Position numbers and translations under genes: made by a program. DNA of 64,000 nucleotides, from the NCBI RefSeq assembly GCF_030684315.1, contig NC_081374.1, positions 11,892,837 through 11,956,836 on the forward strand, written 5' to 3'. The notes beneath the pieces were generated by a model, which was not told the DNA's origin, made no database searches, and saw nothing but the letters and a program-made list of their open reading frames with translations. Positions 24,805 through 36,749 of this stretch are shown here, piece by piece. Within the stretch, counting starts at the first letter, position 1. The number at the start of each line of letters is the position of its first letter. Origin of the DNA: Stegostoma tigrinum. Its lineage: Eukaryota.

Positions 24805-25138
24805 GGTGGATAGTAAGATGTTTTTCCCAGAGTGGGGGACTCAATTACTAGGGGGTCACGATTTTAAGGTGAGAGGGGATAAGTTTAAGGGAGATATGCG
24901 TGGAAAGTTCTTTATACAGAGGGTACTGGGTGCCCAGAATGCGTTGCCATTGGAAGTGGTAGTGGCGGGCACAAAAGCGTCATTTAAAATGTATCTAGAC
25001 AGATGCACGAATGGGCAGGGAACTGAGGGATACAGATCCTTGGAAAATATGAGACAGGTTTAGACAGAGGGTCTGGTTCGGCACAGGCTTCAAGGGCCGA
25101 AGGGCCTGTTCCTGTGCTGTAATTTTCTTTGTTCTTTG
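24805..25138 (+). mobile_element. CR1 3' end nested in a Penelope terminal fragment
   Basis: GHDFKVRGDKFKGDMRGKFFIQRV followed by a (ttctttg)n tail. Flanks ctccacag/ttttatct rejoin as a Penelope terminus. Confidence 0.8.
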
Positions 25139-25434
25139 TTTTATCTGTGAGAGATCATAACAACTTCACTATCCTGATGCCCTGCAGCAGTGAAGGGGTT
25201 TTGCAATGGGAGGGCAGGTATCCCAAAGCTTTGTTAAAAGAATTGGAAATTTAAGGCTAAGACGAGTGATCTAAAAATATCAGATTCGATTAACTGGAGT
25301 GCTGTTGTTCTTGTTCTCCTTGCCCTCCTCCAGGTAAAAAGTTATGAGGGTTTATACCTCCGTTCCCCATTTAACACTGAGTCCAGAGTTAAGAGGATGG
25401 AGGGTGATTTTTGTCCCTTTAGCAGCAGGGGGCA

Positions 25435-26165
25435 CCATAGAGTCATAGCGCCATACAGCACAGAAACAGACACTTCGGTCGAACCAGTCCATCCTGAACA
25501 TAATCCCAAACTAGTCCCACCTGCGCCTGGCCCATATCCCTCCAGATCATTCCTGTCAATGTGTCTAACCAAATGCCTTTTAAACATTGTAATTGTACCC
25601 ACATCCACCACTTCCTCAGGATGTTCACTTCAGGTGCAAACCACGCTCTGTGTAAAAAATTTGCCTCACCTGTGTTTTTTAACTCTCTCCCCGCTCACCT
25701 TAAAAATGTGCCCCCAGTCTTGAAATTCCTCACCCTAGGGAACAGACAACTACCATGAATTTGTCTGAGCCTCATCATTTTATGAACTTCAATCAGGTCG
25801 CCCCTCAATCTGCTACACTTCAGGGAAAAATGTCCCAGCCTCTCCAGCCTTTCCTCACAACTCAAACCTTCCTAATCCGGCAACACCCTGGTAAATCTCT
25901 TCTGAACCCTCTCCAGCTTGGCAATATCCTTCCTATAACTGGGCAATCAGAGCTGGACACAGAATTCCAGAAAAGACCTCACCAATGTCCTGTACAACCT
26001 CAACATGACTTCCCCATCCTGTACTCAAAGAACTGAGCAATGAAGACAAAGATGCCAAATGCATTTTTAATGACCCTGTCTCTATGTGACACAAACATCA
26101 AACAATTCCGTACCTCTGTCCCAGGTCCCTCTGTTCAAACGCTACCCAAGGCCCTACATTAATTA
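25435..26165 (-). mobile_element. CR1 3' fragment
   Basis: Minus-strand MVDVGTITMFKRHL and a CR1-type 3' UTR. Confidence 0.8.
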
Positions 26166-26866
26166 TAACTTCACGGACCTGAGCAAGTCCCCTGAAGAGC
26201 AAGAGTCAGGTTCCAGTCTGGGACAATTTCAGTCCCGAGACAGAGGAATAGGGCTCTGGGATGTGTTTTAATAAATTTTTCTGAGATGTTTTCAGCAGAT
26301 TTCCTGCCACCAATCTCTTTGCTGGTATTAGTCTAGCTCATTGATATCACTTTTGAAGAATGTCCATGCACTGTCTTTTGTAGAATATCACTTTGGCCTT
26401 GATCAAGCAGCAGATTGGATTATTACACATTACTTCATAGCACATTGCATTACATATAAGGCATATGATTGCCTTGTGTAAAACTATCTGGATCAACTTA
26501 GATTAAGTACATTATACCTTCAGCTAACATGAAGGACAATCACTGATACACTGCACATTCTGTGGTGAACATATGAGAATTTGTAGGACTCAAGCAGAAC
26601 ATGGCTAGCTCCTCCCACGAGCTATCCTTAGAATGTATCTGGTCGCAGATGTGTTGCAATTACTCTCTTTACAGATAAAAGGGAAAATGTGGCTCCACAC
26701 CAATTCACTCAAATGGAACAGTCATCAAACTTCTTAAACTGATGCTGAATTGCACTAACGTGCTCATCTCAGTGAAATAAGCACATCTGATCATCTCACA
26801 GGCATCGAACTTCTTTAAATCTAAAACAGGTTGCTGTAAAGTGAACCCTCACCCTAAGAACAGCTC

Positions 26867-26967
26867 TAATCCTATCCCTAACCCTAACCCTAATCCCAAC
26901 CCCGTCCCGAACCCAAATCCCAATCCCAAACCCAACACTAACCTTAACCCTGACCCTAACCCTAATC
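26867..26967. repeat. Degenerate interstitial telomere-like (CCCTAA)n tract
   Basis: ccctaaccctaaccctaa...accttaaccctgaccctaaccctaa, with a 6-bp period. Confidence 0.75.
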
Positions 26968-27118
26968 TTGGGCAGGATTCAATTCAGTGAAAACCTGAAA
27001 ATCAACCTATTATGGCTTCAACATATTGAACCTGGGTGCATTGAAGTAGCCAGTAAACCTGACATAACATCAATTTATGCAGCATTGCTAGGTTTCAAAG
27101 CCCCAGAAACACTAATCT

Positions 27119-27445
27119 GATTAGATTAGATTAGTTTAGATTCCCTACAGAGTGGAAACAGGCCCTTCAGCCCAACAAGTCCACTACACCCCTTGAAGCA
27201 TCCCACCCAGACCCATCCCCCTATAACCCACACTCCCCTGAACACTACGGTCAATTTACCATGGCTAATCCACCTAACCTGCACATCTTTGGACTGTGGA
27301 AAGAAACCGGAGCACCCAGAGGAACCCCACGCAGACAAGGGGAGAATGTGGAAACCACACAGACAGTCGCCTGAGGCGGGAATTGAACATGGGTCCCTGG
27401 CGCTATGAGGCTGCAGTGCTAACCACTGAGCCACCGTGCCGCCCC
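27119..27445 (-). mobile_element. Full-length HE1-type SINE
   Basis: Minus strand begins ggggcggcacggtggctcagtggttagc and ends in an (aatct)n tail. Confidence 0.92.
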
Positions 27446-27938
27446 AAATGCTCATCACCGTCTGAATTTTTGAGTTAAAATATCCTTTTCAATTGTAATC
27501 AAGTGGGACAAAGTACATTTATACTCCCTGTTTCAGGCATGAAAAGTTGCAACAGATATCTGATAATTTCTTCTCTTTTACTGTTCCATTTTAATGTAAG
27601 GCCCTCTCCAACAGCTTTCCATTTGGGAATGAAACATTCAGTCATCTAAAGGCTTGGAATCTGGCTACCTGCTACTGAGGGAAAATATCAGCTCTGATTT
27701 CCACATTGACAAAAGCCCAGTATCATTGCATTTGTTCTGATTTAGAGCCTTCCTCTGTTCTGTTACACTAGTAGACATGGGATTTCACATTACTGGGAGG
27801 TTGGAGAGACATGGGGAGGGAGACGTGTTGGGGATTCTCCAACATAGGGGCCCTGGATGAGGGGTAGAAATGTTGGAAATAGGAACAGTGTTTGAATGTT
27901 GTTCAGGCAGTATCTGAATGTTTGATTCTTTTCCATAG

Positions 27939-28265
27939 AACCCGTCTCTGTTCCTATACTTAGATTTTTATCATCTCCACCAAATGCCTCATGTTCTGGG
28001 AGCTCAGTGACAATCTCTTGTGAATCTGTCCACAGATCCCTCCCCGTTCAGTACACATGGTCTGAAAAGACCCCATCTGAAGATTCAAAGATCTCTGACA
28101 CCAATAAACTGGATCTACTTTGTCTATTCTTCACACAGCAACATCATCGATATTACTGCACAGCCTCAAATACTCAGGGCGAAAATTCCAGTGAAGAGGT
28201 TCATGTGTCAGCCAGCCACAGGTCAGGGGAGAGCTGCAGTTCTGTGGCATAAATCAGCAGCAGTG
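27939..28265 (+). pseudogene. G2 C2-type Ig exon with one late premature stop
   Basis: ttccatag|EPVSVPILRFL..NASC..VTISCESVHRSLPVQYTW..LDLLC..YYCTASNTQG..ESCSSVA*ISSS G|gtaatt. TAA at 28250-28252 corresponds to CAA in G1. Confidence 0.9.
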
Positions 28266-28672
28266 GTAATTTATACTGTAAATAAACAATATAATTGCTG
28301 ATTTGTCAAAATAAAAATTTCTAGCAAACTAGTTGCAGGTTATATTCCTGCAGTCAGTTTGAAAAATTGCAACTAGCCAAATTTACTCCATCTGGTCTTT
28401 CAGTAGATCTGAGCAAGATCAATTAGTGGAACATGGAAAAGATAGTAAAATATCACAACTACATGGTTAAAGAAACCCTGAATGGTAAAATGTGCTCGCA
28501 TTGACTCAGTTTTCAACAGATGAAATAGCTATTTTTAGCAGATGAAATTGTGACCTCCATCTCTGGTGTTCTCATTTATGAAGGGCGTCAGGAGAGAGTG
28601 TCAGAGAGTTTATCTAAAATGCACTCTAACTACACTCTTTCTTCAAAACAATTCCACGGGTCAAGCATAGCT

Positions 28673-28986
28673 GGCGTCACGGTGGCTCAGTGGTTAGCCC
28701 TGCAGCCTCACAGCACCTGGGACCCGGGTTCAATTCCAGCCTCGGGTAACTGTCTGTGTGGAGTTTGCACATTCTCCCTGTGTCTGCGTGAGTTTCCTCC
28801 GGGTGCTCCGGTTTCCTCCCACAGTCCAAAGATGTGCAGGCTAGGTGGATTGGCCATGCTAAATTGCCCGTGTGTTCAGGGGTGTGTGGGTTATAGGGGG
28901 ATGGGTCTGGGTGGGATGCTTCAAGGGGCGGTGTGGATTTGTTGGGCCGAAGGGCCTGTTTCCACTCTGTAGGTAATCTAATCTAA
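28673..28986 (+). mobile_element. Full-length HE1-type SINE
   Basis: A-box tggctcagtgg, B-box ggttcaattcc, aatctaatct tail. Confidence 0.92.
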
Positions 28987-29407
28987 AAATGTAGTCTCAG
29001 TTTAACATCTCATCGACAAAGGTAGCAGTGACAACACAGCAGAACTCCATCAGCAATGCACTGGAGTGACAGCGTTAACTTTTATGCTCAAGCCCTTGCC
29101 CTGATGTAAATACTTGTCAAGGGTGTCAGCATTGGAATTTATTGACCTGTTCAATAGGTAATGCTGGACATCCATCACTGAGATATGGGAAACAATAAGA
29201 AATGGCCATGAAAGACTCGTCACTGACAGTTCAGAGTGGGATTGTCCTGGCAGTAGGGATATGGGGATTATACTGAGATTAAACCTTCGAAAACCATTAT
29301 ATCAGCCAGGTGCTTCTCCCAAAGGTTTCATTTGGTAATGTTGCTCTTTTGGTTAAATAGGGTAAGAATGAGGTTAATCTGAAGCAAATCTTCATTTGTT
29401 TCAACAG

Positions 29408-29486
29408 GAGGTGATTACTGTTCTGAACTTTCATCAGTCCTGTTGACAACTGCAAATTTGATAGTCATATGTCAACCTGATATAAG
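29408..29486 (+). pseudogene. G2 short stalk exon (predicted)
   Basis: tttcaacag|GGDYCSELSSVLLTTANLIVICQPDI AG|gtacat; open frame, phase 1 to 2 like the G1 stalk. Confidence 0.6.
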
Positions 29487-29772
29487 GTACATTTACCACA
29501 TCGTTAATGTTTGACAGCTTCCACGTGAGAGATTAAATCCTCATGAACAACATTTTGTTATTCATGAAGGAAAATATTTCCTATTTCACAATGTAGATCC
29601 CAGAATGGAAATGGGCTGGACTGACATCAGGCAGTTGCACTAGCTTCTTAACAAAGTGTGCTATGTGTTCTTATCATTTCGGTGTGGGGCTGATGGAAAA
29701 GCTGCTCTTCTGCGGATGAAAATGATAAATTACATCAATAAATCTGCTCTGCTCTAGTATCACTTGTGAAAA

Positions 29773-31170
29773 CCCTGGAAATTACAGACCAGCCAGTCTT
29801 ACGTCTGTGGTCAGCAAGGTTTTAGAAAGAATTCTCAGGGATAGGATTTATGACTATTTGGAAAAGCATAGCATGATTAAAGGGAGTCAGCATGGCTTTG
29901 TGAGGGGCAGGTCATGCCTTACAAATCTTATTGAGTTCTTTGAGGAAGTCACGAGACAGGTTGACAAGGGTCGAGCAGTGGATGTGGTGTACATGGACTT
30001 CAGCAAGGCATTTGATAAGGTTCCCCATGGCAGGCTCATTCATAAAGTCAGGAGGTATGGGATACAGAGTGATCTGGCTGCCTTGATTCAGAATTGGTTG
30101 GCTGACAGGAGGCAGAGAGTGGTTGTAGATGGTAAGTATTCTGCCTGGAGGTCAGTGCTGAGTGGTGTCCCACAGGGCTCTGTTCTTGGGCCTCTGCTCT
30201 TTGTAGTTTTTATAAATGACTTGGATGAGGAGGTTGAGGGGTGGGTTAGTATGTTTGCTGATGACACAAAGGTTAGAGGTGCCGTTGATAGTATCGAGGG
30301 CTATTGCAGGCTTCAGTGAGACATTGACAGAATGCAGAGCTGGGCTGAGAAATGGCAGATGGAGTTCAACCTGGATAAATGCGAAGTGATGCATTTTGGA
30401 AGCTCAAACTTAAATGCTGAATATAGGATTAAAGGCAGGATTCTCGGCAGGGTGGAGGAACAGCGGGATCTTGGTGTTCAAGTGCATAGCTCCCTCAAAG
30501 TTGCCACCCAAGTGGATAAGGTTGTTAAGAAAGCATATGGTGTTTTGGCTTTCATTAACAGGGGGATTGAGTTTAAGAGCTGCAAGGTTATGCTGCAGCT
30601 CTACAAAACCCTGGTGAGACCACACTTGGAATATTGTGTCCAGTTCTGGTTGCCCTTTTATAGGAAAGATGTGGAGGCTTTGGAGAGGGTGCAAAGGAGG
30701 TTCACCAGGATGCTGCCTGGAATGGAGGGCTTGTCTTACAAGGAGAGGTTGACTGAGCTTGGACTTTTCTCTTTGGAGAGAAGGAGGAAGAGAGGTGACC
30801 TGATCGAGGTGTACAAAGTAATGAGAGGCATGGATAGAGTCGATAGCCAGGGACTTTTCCCCAGGGCAGGATTGACTGCCACGAGGGGTCTTAGTTTTAA
30901 GGTGTTAGGTGGAAGGTATAGAGGAAACATCAGAGGGAGGTTCTTCACCCAGAGAGTTGTGAGCGCATGGAATAGTTTACCAGTGGTAGTCGTGGAAGTG
31001 GAGTCATTAGTGACATTTAAGCAACTGCTGAACATGCACATGGACAGCAGTGAATTGAGGGGAATGTAGGTTAGGTTATTTTATATTTGGATTAGGAATA
31101 TTCCATGGCACAACATCATGGGCTGAAGGGCCTGTACTGCGCTGTACTTTTCTATGTTCTATGTTCTATG
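29773..31170 (+). mobile_element. 5'-truncated CR1 LINE; RT interrupted by one TGA (30317-30319)
   Basis: ORFs 29807-30319 and 30332-31069 are in the same frame and closely match the 16140 ORF; (ttctatg)n tail. Confidence 0.96.
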
Positions 31171-31644
31171 AACATCTTGCAGCTTTGGTCAAGTTTGCAG
31201 TGAGGAGGCCTCCTTCTTGATGGTATTCCCACTGTGGTATGAAGAAATATCAGACACAGCACACTGCAGGGTCACAGATAGGTTCATAGAATCATACAGC
31301 ATAGAAACAGATTCTTAGGTCCCACTCATCCACACTGACCAGGCAGCCCAATATGACCCAGTCCCAGTTGCCATCATTTGGCCCATATCCCTACTAAACC
31401 CTATCTATTCATATACTCATCCAGATCCTTTTTAAATGCTGTAATGCACCACCTCACCCAAGGAAATTTTAAAAAAATTTCAAAGACAGAATGAAATACT
31501 GTTTACTGGAGTCTGTTCACATGATGTTATTTGATGTGACCTTTTCACTGCTGTAAGTCATTAGGTGATTGTGATTAATGAGTCAAGATTTTCTACAAAG
31601 ATCATCCACAGATCAGCATTGCACAGTATGTCTACAGGACAAAC

Positions 31645-32145
31645 GGTGTTAAAGTTGAGAGGGTGCAAAAAAGATTTACGTGGATGTTGCTGGGACCAGA
31701 GGCTTTGAGTTATCGGGAGAGACTGAATAAAATGGGGCTTTTTTTCCCCTGGAGCATCAGAGGCTGAGTGTTGACTTTATAAAGGTTGAGAATATCATGA
31801 GGGGTGTTGATCAGGTGAATAGCCAAGGTCTTTATCCCAGGATTATGGCTCCAGAACAAGAGGGCATAGGTTTAAGGTGAGAGAGGAAAGATTTAAAAAA
31901 GACCCGAGGGCTAACTTTTTCACACACGTTGTGGTGCATGTATGGAGTGAGCTGCCAAAGTGATGGAGTTGCATACAATTACAACATTTGAAAGGAATCT
32001 GGATGGGTATATGCATGGGAAGAGTTTACAGGGAGATGGGTCAAATGGAACTATGCCAGATTGATATAGCTGGTCAGCACGGGTGAGTCGGACGAAAGGG
32101 TGTGTTTCCATGCTGTACAACTCGATGACTTTACCTATGACTCGA
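31645..32145 (+). mobile_element. Degenerate CR1 3' fragment
   Basis: gagagggtgcaaaaaagatttac...agggcataggtttaaggtgagag match CR1 3' motifs. Confidence 0.75.
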
Positions 32146-32782
32146 TGTCCCTGAGATGGTGTGTCCTGTTTACACTGTCAGCCAGTGGTGGAGCAACTGG
32201 GTATTCATTGGTGGCAGCTGGACTTTGTGTCACGTTAAGTCAATGCTTGGAGGTGACCTTTCCATTTTCATTTGTGATGCACTTACTCATTTTGTATAAT
32301 ATACTTCTCATTTCCATACTCTTTGCCCAAGCTGCTGGCAATAACCCTCAGAAATTGTAGGCTGGAATTAACACTGCAGAACTGAGCCTTTGAATCTACG
32401 TGGCAGTAGCAGAATAGAAAGAAACAAAACATCAAACAAAATGGAAATGAGAAGTGAAATTAGAAACAGGAATAGAGAGAGTAGGAAGCACGAAGCAAGT
32501 CAGACCTTAACATTTGGAGAAAACAGATGAAGCAGTCTAATAAAGATGTTAACAATTCTTGTTTGGTCATATCTCATTGCTGCTTCAAAGACTTTTCTCT
32601 ATAGAAATCAGGTGCATGATTTCCCGTTTCAGACACTGACAAACATTCAAAGGCATTTCCTTGAGGCCATTCAAAGATCATGAAAGATATTCTATAAATG
32701 TTTAAGCTTCCTTTCTTTAAACACGTGCCCAAGAGCCAACAGTGAACAGTGAACTGACGCTTTGCTATTCTCTATATCGCAG

Positions 32783-32871
32783 TCCGGTTTACATTGTGGT
32801 CGCTGTACATGGGGCCATGCTCATTGTTTTTGCTGTTTTGCTGCTTTTGTACCTGAAGCAAGCCAGCAAGG
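32783..32871 (+). pseudogene. G2 transmembrane exon (no Lys/Arg within the TM)
   Basis: tatcgcag|SPVYIVVAVHGAMLIVFAVLLLLYLKQASK G|gtgagt; phase 2 to 1. Confidence 0.85.
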
Positions 32872-33967
32872 GTGAGTTTCAATTTCTCCTCAGTCATTTC
32901 ATAGTCTGTCAATAGCTTGCTGCAGATTAAAAAGAGATTGCAGTTCATCGTAGTTAGCAGACAATACTTAACAAACTATCGTAACTTGTTGCACATTTTG
33001 GTTCAGGTGCATTAATAATAGAAGTATGATTGTTGTCTCTAGCTAGTAACCGTGGAGTCTGGAGGAAGTAAAAGTCAACATTGGCTTAGCGTGACGGAAA
33101 TGAATAACAGGAAAGAATTAGGTCAAATTTAAAGACCTTTAGAGACCTTGATTTTTCACATTTTTGGAACAAGTACATTACAATTGCAAGCTGAGGACTT
33201 AATGAGCCAAACATCTTGCATTTGATCCAATTGTTGTCAGTTGCAGGCAAATTCAGGTCCAGAACCTCATCTTCAAGTGAGTTAGTTTGAGAATCAGATG
33301 ACCAATTTTGAAATATTGACTGATTACCCCAAATAGTTCCCAGATTCTCTGTAGGAATGGATCTTGTCAGGTTCAAATCTAACATGAAACTCAGCAGCCC
33401 TGCCAGCATCCGGGGGAAGAAAGCAGAGTAAACAATTCGAGTCCAGCGTCTCTTTATCTTCATCTGCCAGACCTGCTGAGTTTCTCCAGCATCCACAGTT
33501 CTTGACGAAATCATGACCCATGGCTGCAGCGTATGTGCAAATGTTTATGTTGCCACAGCAACTGAGACCCACTGGATGGCACAAGGAGGGGGCAGGGAAG
33601 CAGTTGGCAGGACCAGATTGAATTGATCCCTGGCACTGGTTGGTTCCAATGTTTTGGGCTTCAATCCCTGTCCTGGCTCAGGGTGCATTCAGGACATTTG
33701 TTCTAGCTTTGCACATTGGGTGAAAACCATCATGCCGTGGTTTAGACCTGCCTTCATGCACAGAATTTAAGAAGGCGGAGGGACCAAATCAATGTAAGGC
33801 TGCAATATGTGATCAATTTAGCCATTGAGAAAACATCCTCCATTCTGATCACAGATATTTCAATTGCAATGTTGTAATTTTACATATTGAACGAATAGGA
33901 CAGAAACATGCCAATCACAACAACTGGTTCCTCCCACGACCTCTCTAACCAACCCGATCAACAGAAG

Positions 33968-34886
33968 TGATAATGGGAACTGCAGATGCTGGAGAATCCA
34001 AAATAATAAAATGTGAGGCTGGATGAACACTGCTCCACACTGCCCTCCAACCCCACCACACCCAGCACCTTCCCCTGCAACCGCAGGAAATGCTACACTT
34101 GCCCCCACACCTCCTCCCTCACCCCTATCCCAGGCCCCAAGATGACTTTCCATATTAAGCAGAGGTTCACCTGCACATCTGCCAATGTGGTATACTGCAT
34201 CCACTGTACCCGGTGCGGCTTCCTCTACATTGGGGAAACCGAGCAGAGGTGCACCTCCCAGTCGCAAACCATTTCAACTCCCCCTCCCATTCCTCAGATG
34301 ACATGTCCATCATGGGCCTCCTGCAGTGCCACAATAATACCACCCGAAGGTTGCAGGAACAGCAACTCATATTCCGCTTGGGAACCCTGGAGCCCAATGG
34401 TATCAATGTGGATTTCACCAGCTTCAAAATCTCCCCTTCCCCCACCGCATCCCAAAACCAGCCCAATTCGTCCCCTCCCCCCACTGCACCACACAACCAG
34501 CCCAGCTCTTCCCCTCCACCCACTGCATCCCAAAACCAGCCAAGCCTGTCTCTGCCTCCCTAACCTGTTCTTCCTCTCAGCCATCCCTTCCTCCCACCCC
34601 AAGCTGCACCTCCATCTCCTACCTACTAACCTCATCCCACCTCCTTGACCTGTCCGTCTTCCCTGGACTGACCTATCCCCTCCCTACCTCCCCACCTGTA
34701 CTCTCCTCTCCACCTATCTTCTTTTCTCTCCATCTTCGGTCTGCCTCCCCCTCTCTCCCTATTTATTCCAGAACCCTCACCCCATCCCCCTTTCTGATGA
34801 AGGGTCTAGGCCCAAAACGTCAGCTTTTGTGCTCCTGAGATGCTGCTGGGCCTGCTGTGTTCATCCAGCCTCACATTTTATTATCT
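33968..34886 (+). mobile_element. Truncated Penelope with a 5' inverted terminal segment and a 14-bp TSD
   Basis: GIY-YIG peptide VVYCIHCTRCGFLYIGET. ccgatcaacagaag is repeated at 33954-33967 and 34887-34900. Its hammerhead (34792-34823) has GAAA changed to AAAA. Confidence 0.92.
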
Positions 34887-35249
34887 CCGATCAACAGAAG
34901 CTCCTGTTTCTTTTGTCCTCTTGTTTTTCTCGAGGTTCTTCTTAAGTATATCTGTACCACTTGACTGAACTAGCTCTTGGTTTGGTCTAATTCTGAATAT
35001 TCTAATTGATCGGCATAAAGAGAGGATGAGTTGTTTTTATGATTAAAAATGAGACTTTGTTCAGTGCTTAATCGTGACTTCAGCTTTGCTGACACTTCCC
35101 AACCTGCATTTCCATCCATTCCTGAAGAGTTCAATGTATTGACGCAAAAACATTAAAAATAACAAAAGACTATCAACACAAATCCTACTGTCCCTCAAAA
35201 TGAACTTCCACTGGTCACCACTAGGGTGCACACCTTTTGTATGAATTGT

Positions 35250-36000
35250 ATGTTGTCATCCTTCACTCGGGCTTCGTCAATCACAGAGTTCCAAATATCT
35301 CCCACCCTTTGTATACAGAGTGATTTCTAATTGCTCACCTCAATGGTCTGGCCCTAATTCTCAGACAATGGCCCAAGTTTAAAAATCCCCAACTGGTGGA
35401 AACAATTAATCCTTATCTGTCCTGTTTTGTTCTTTTAATACCCTGAAGATTTCAATCAGATCTCTCCTGACCCTTTTAAATTCGAGAGGAAACAGGCATA
35501 GTTTGTCGAGTGTCTCCTCCGAACCTAACCGCAGAAGCCCAGGTAGCATTCCTGTAAACCTACATTGTGCTCCCTCCAAAAGCCAATATATCCTCCCTAA
35601 GGTGTCGTGCCTGATCTGCTCACTGTATTCCCAGCAGGATCTAACTAGTGTTTTGTAAAACTGCAGCACAACTTCTGCATCGTTATCATCCAGTCCTCTG
35701 GAGATAAAGGTCAGCATTGCATTAGCTTCCTTGATTATTTTCTGTCCCTGTTCCTGACATTTTAAAGATCTATGCATTTGAAGTCTCAAGTTTCCTTGGA
35801 CATCCACTATTTCTGACTTCACATCATCCAGAAAGTATCCTGACCAATCCGTTTACACCCCAAAATGGATAGCCTCACACTTGTTTACATTGAACTCCAT
35901 TTGCCACAATGATACCCTATCACTCAGTCTATCAATGTATCCCTTTGTAAATATATGCTGCCATCTACACTGACTGCAATACCCGCCGAACTGCCACTTC
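35250..36000 (-). mobile_element. Degenerate CR1 fragment
   Basis: Minus-strand ORF 35406-35822 (ANAMLTFISRG...YKTLVR). Confidence 0.8.
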
Positions 36001-36262
36001 ACATGCAAGTTCGGTCAGTACCTGAGCTAGAAAGGATTAGATGAATATATTGTTGGAGTTAAATGAAGACCAATGTGAACTGGTTTGTGTGGATGAACTT
36101 ATCAAACCGAGTTGTTCGTTCCAGCCTGAGATAACATACAAAACTTTGCAACAGTTTGTCAATTCATGTATAACAATCTGAAAGCAGTTTTCCACTCTTT
36201 GCAAATCAAATCACTGTAAAGATTGATTAAAAGTTAATTCAAATTTCATGTTTTCGTTTTAG

Positions 36263-36548
36263 TAAATGTGAAGGAGTGAAGAGAACATGGTATATTCAGC
36301 TATGAAACACAAGCAAAGTAGATCAAGAGGAATACATAGTGAAGGAACTGCCCATTTTAAGAATAATACAAATGGAGTCATGTATGCAGAGCTGCAGTTT
36401 CAAAAGAAGTCATCAGCACGGAGTGGTGAGACAAGTTACTCTGTTACCAGGGGCAATGCCAAGGTTCAAAGCCAGCTCCCAGAGAACAAGGTCGTAACTC
36501 CAAAAGGAGAGAATTTGCCAGAATCTGAAATGGCAACTTATACTGAAG
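36263..36548 (+). pseudogene. G2 cytoplasmic exon with ITIM-like motifs
   Basis: ttttag|...SEENMVYSAM...GVMYAEL...EMATYTE G|gtaagt. The first 24 nt contain stops (phase 0) or a frameshift (phase 1). Confidence 0.8.
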
Positions 36549-36669
36549 GTAAGTGCTGTGACATCTATTCATGTGGATAAGTGATGACCATTGCTTCTTC
36601 TTAGTTTGCAATTTAATTCCATCCTCCATGAACCACAACCTACTTTGTCTAATTTTTCTTTCATCTCAG

Positions 36670-36749
36670 TTGTTACCTCTAATTCCACTCCTATTCTCAA
36701 CAGGCAGTCATCAATAAATGTATCCGTTTCTGTAGTCCTACTCTTTTAG
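36670..36749 (+). pseudogene. G2 terminal coding exon (predicted)
   Basis: tttttctttcatctcag|TT completes ATYTEV, then VTSNSTP...LF*. Confidence 0.5.

Noticed and set aside
33900-33950. Possible extra G2 cytoplasmic exon next to the Penelope insertion
   Set aside because: Weak acceptor, early stop and no donor.
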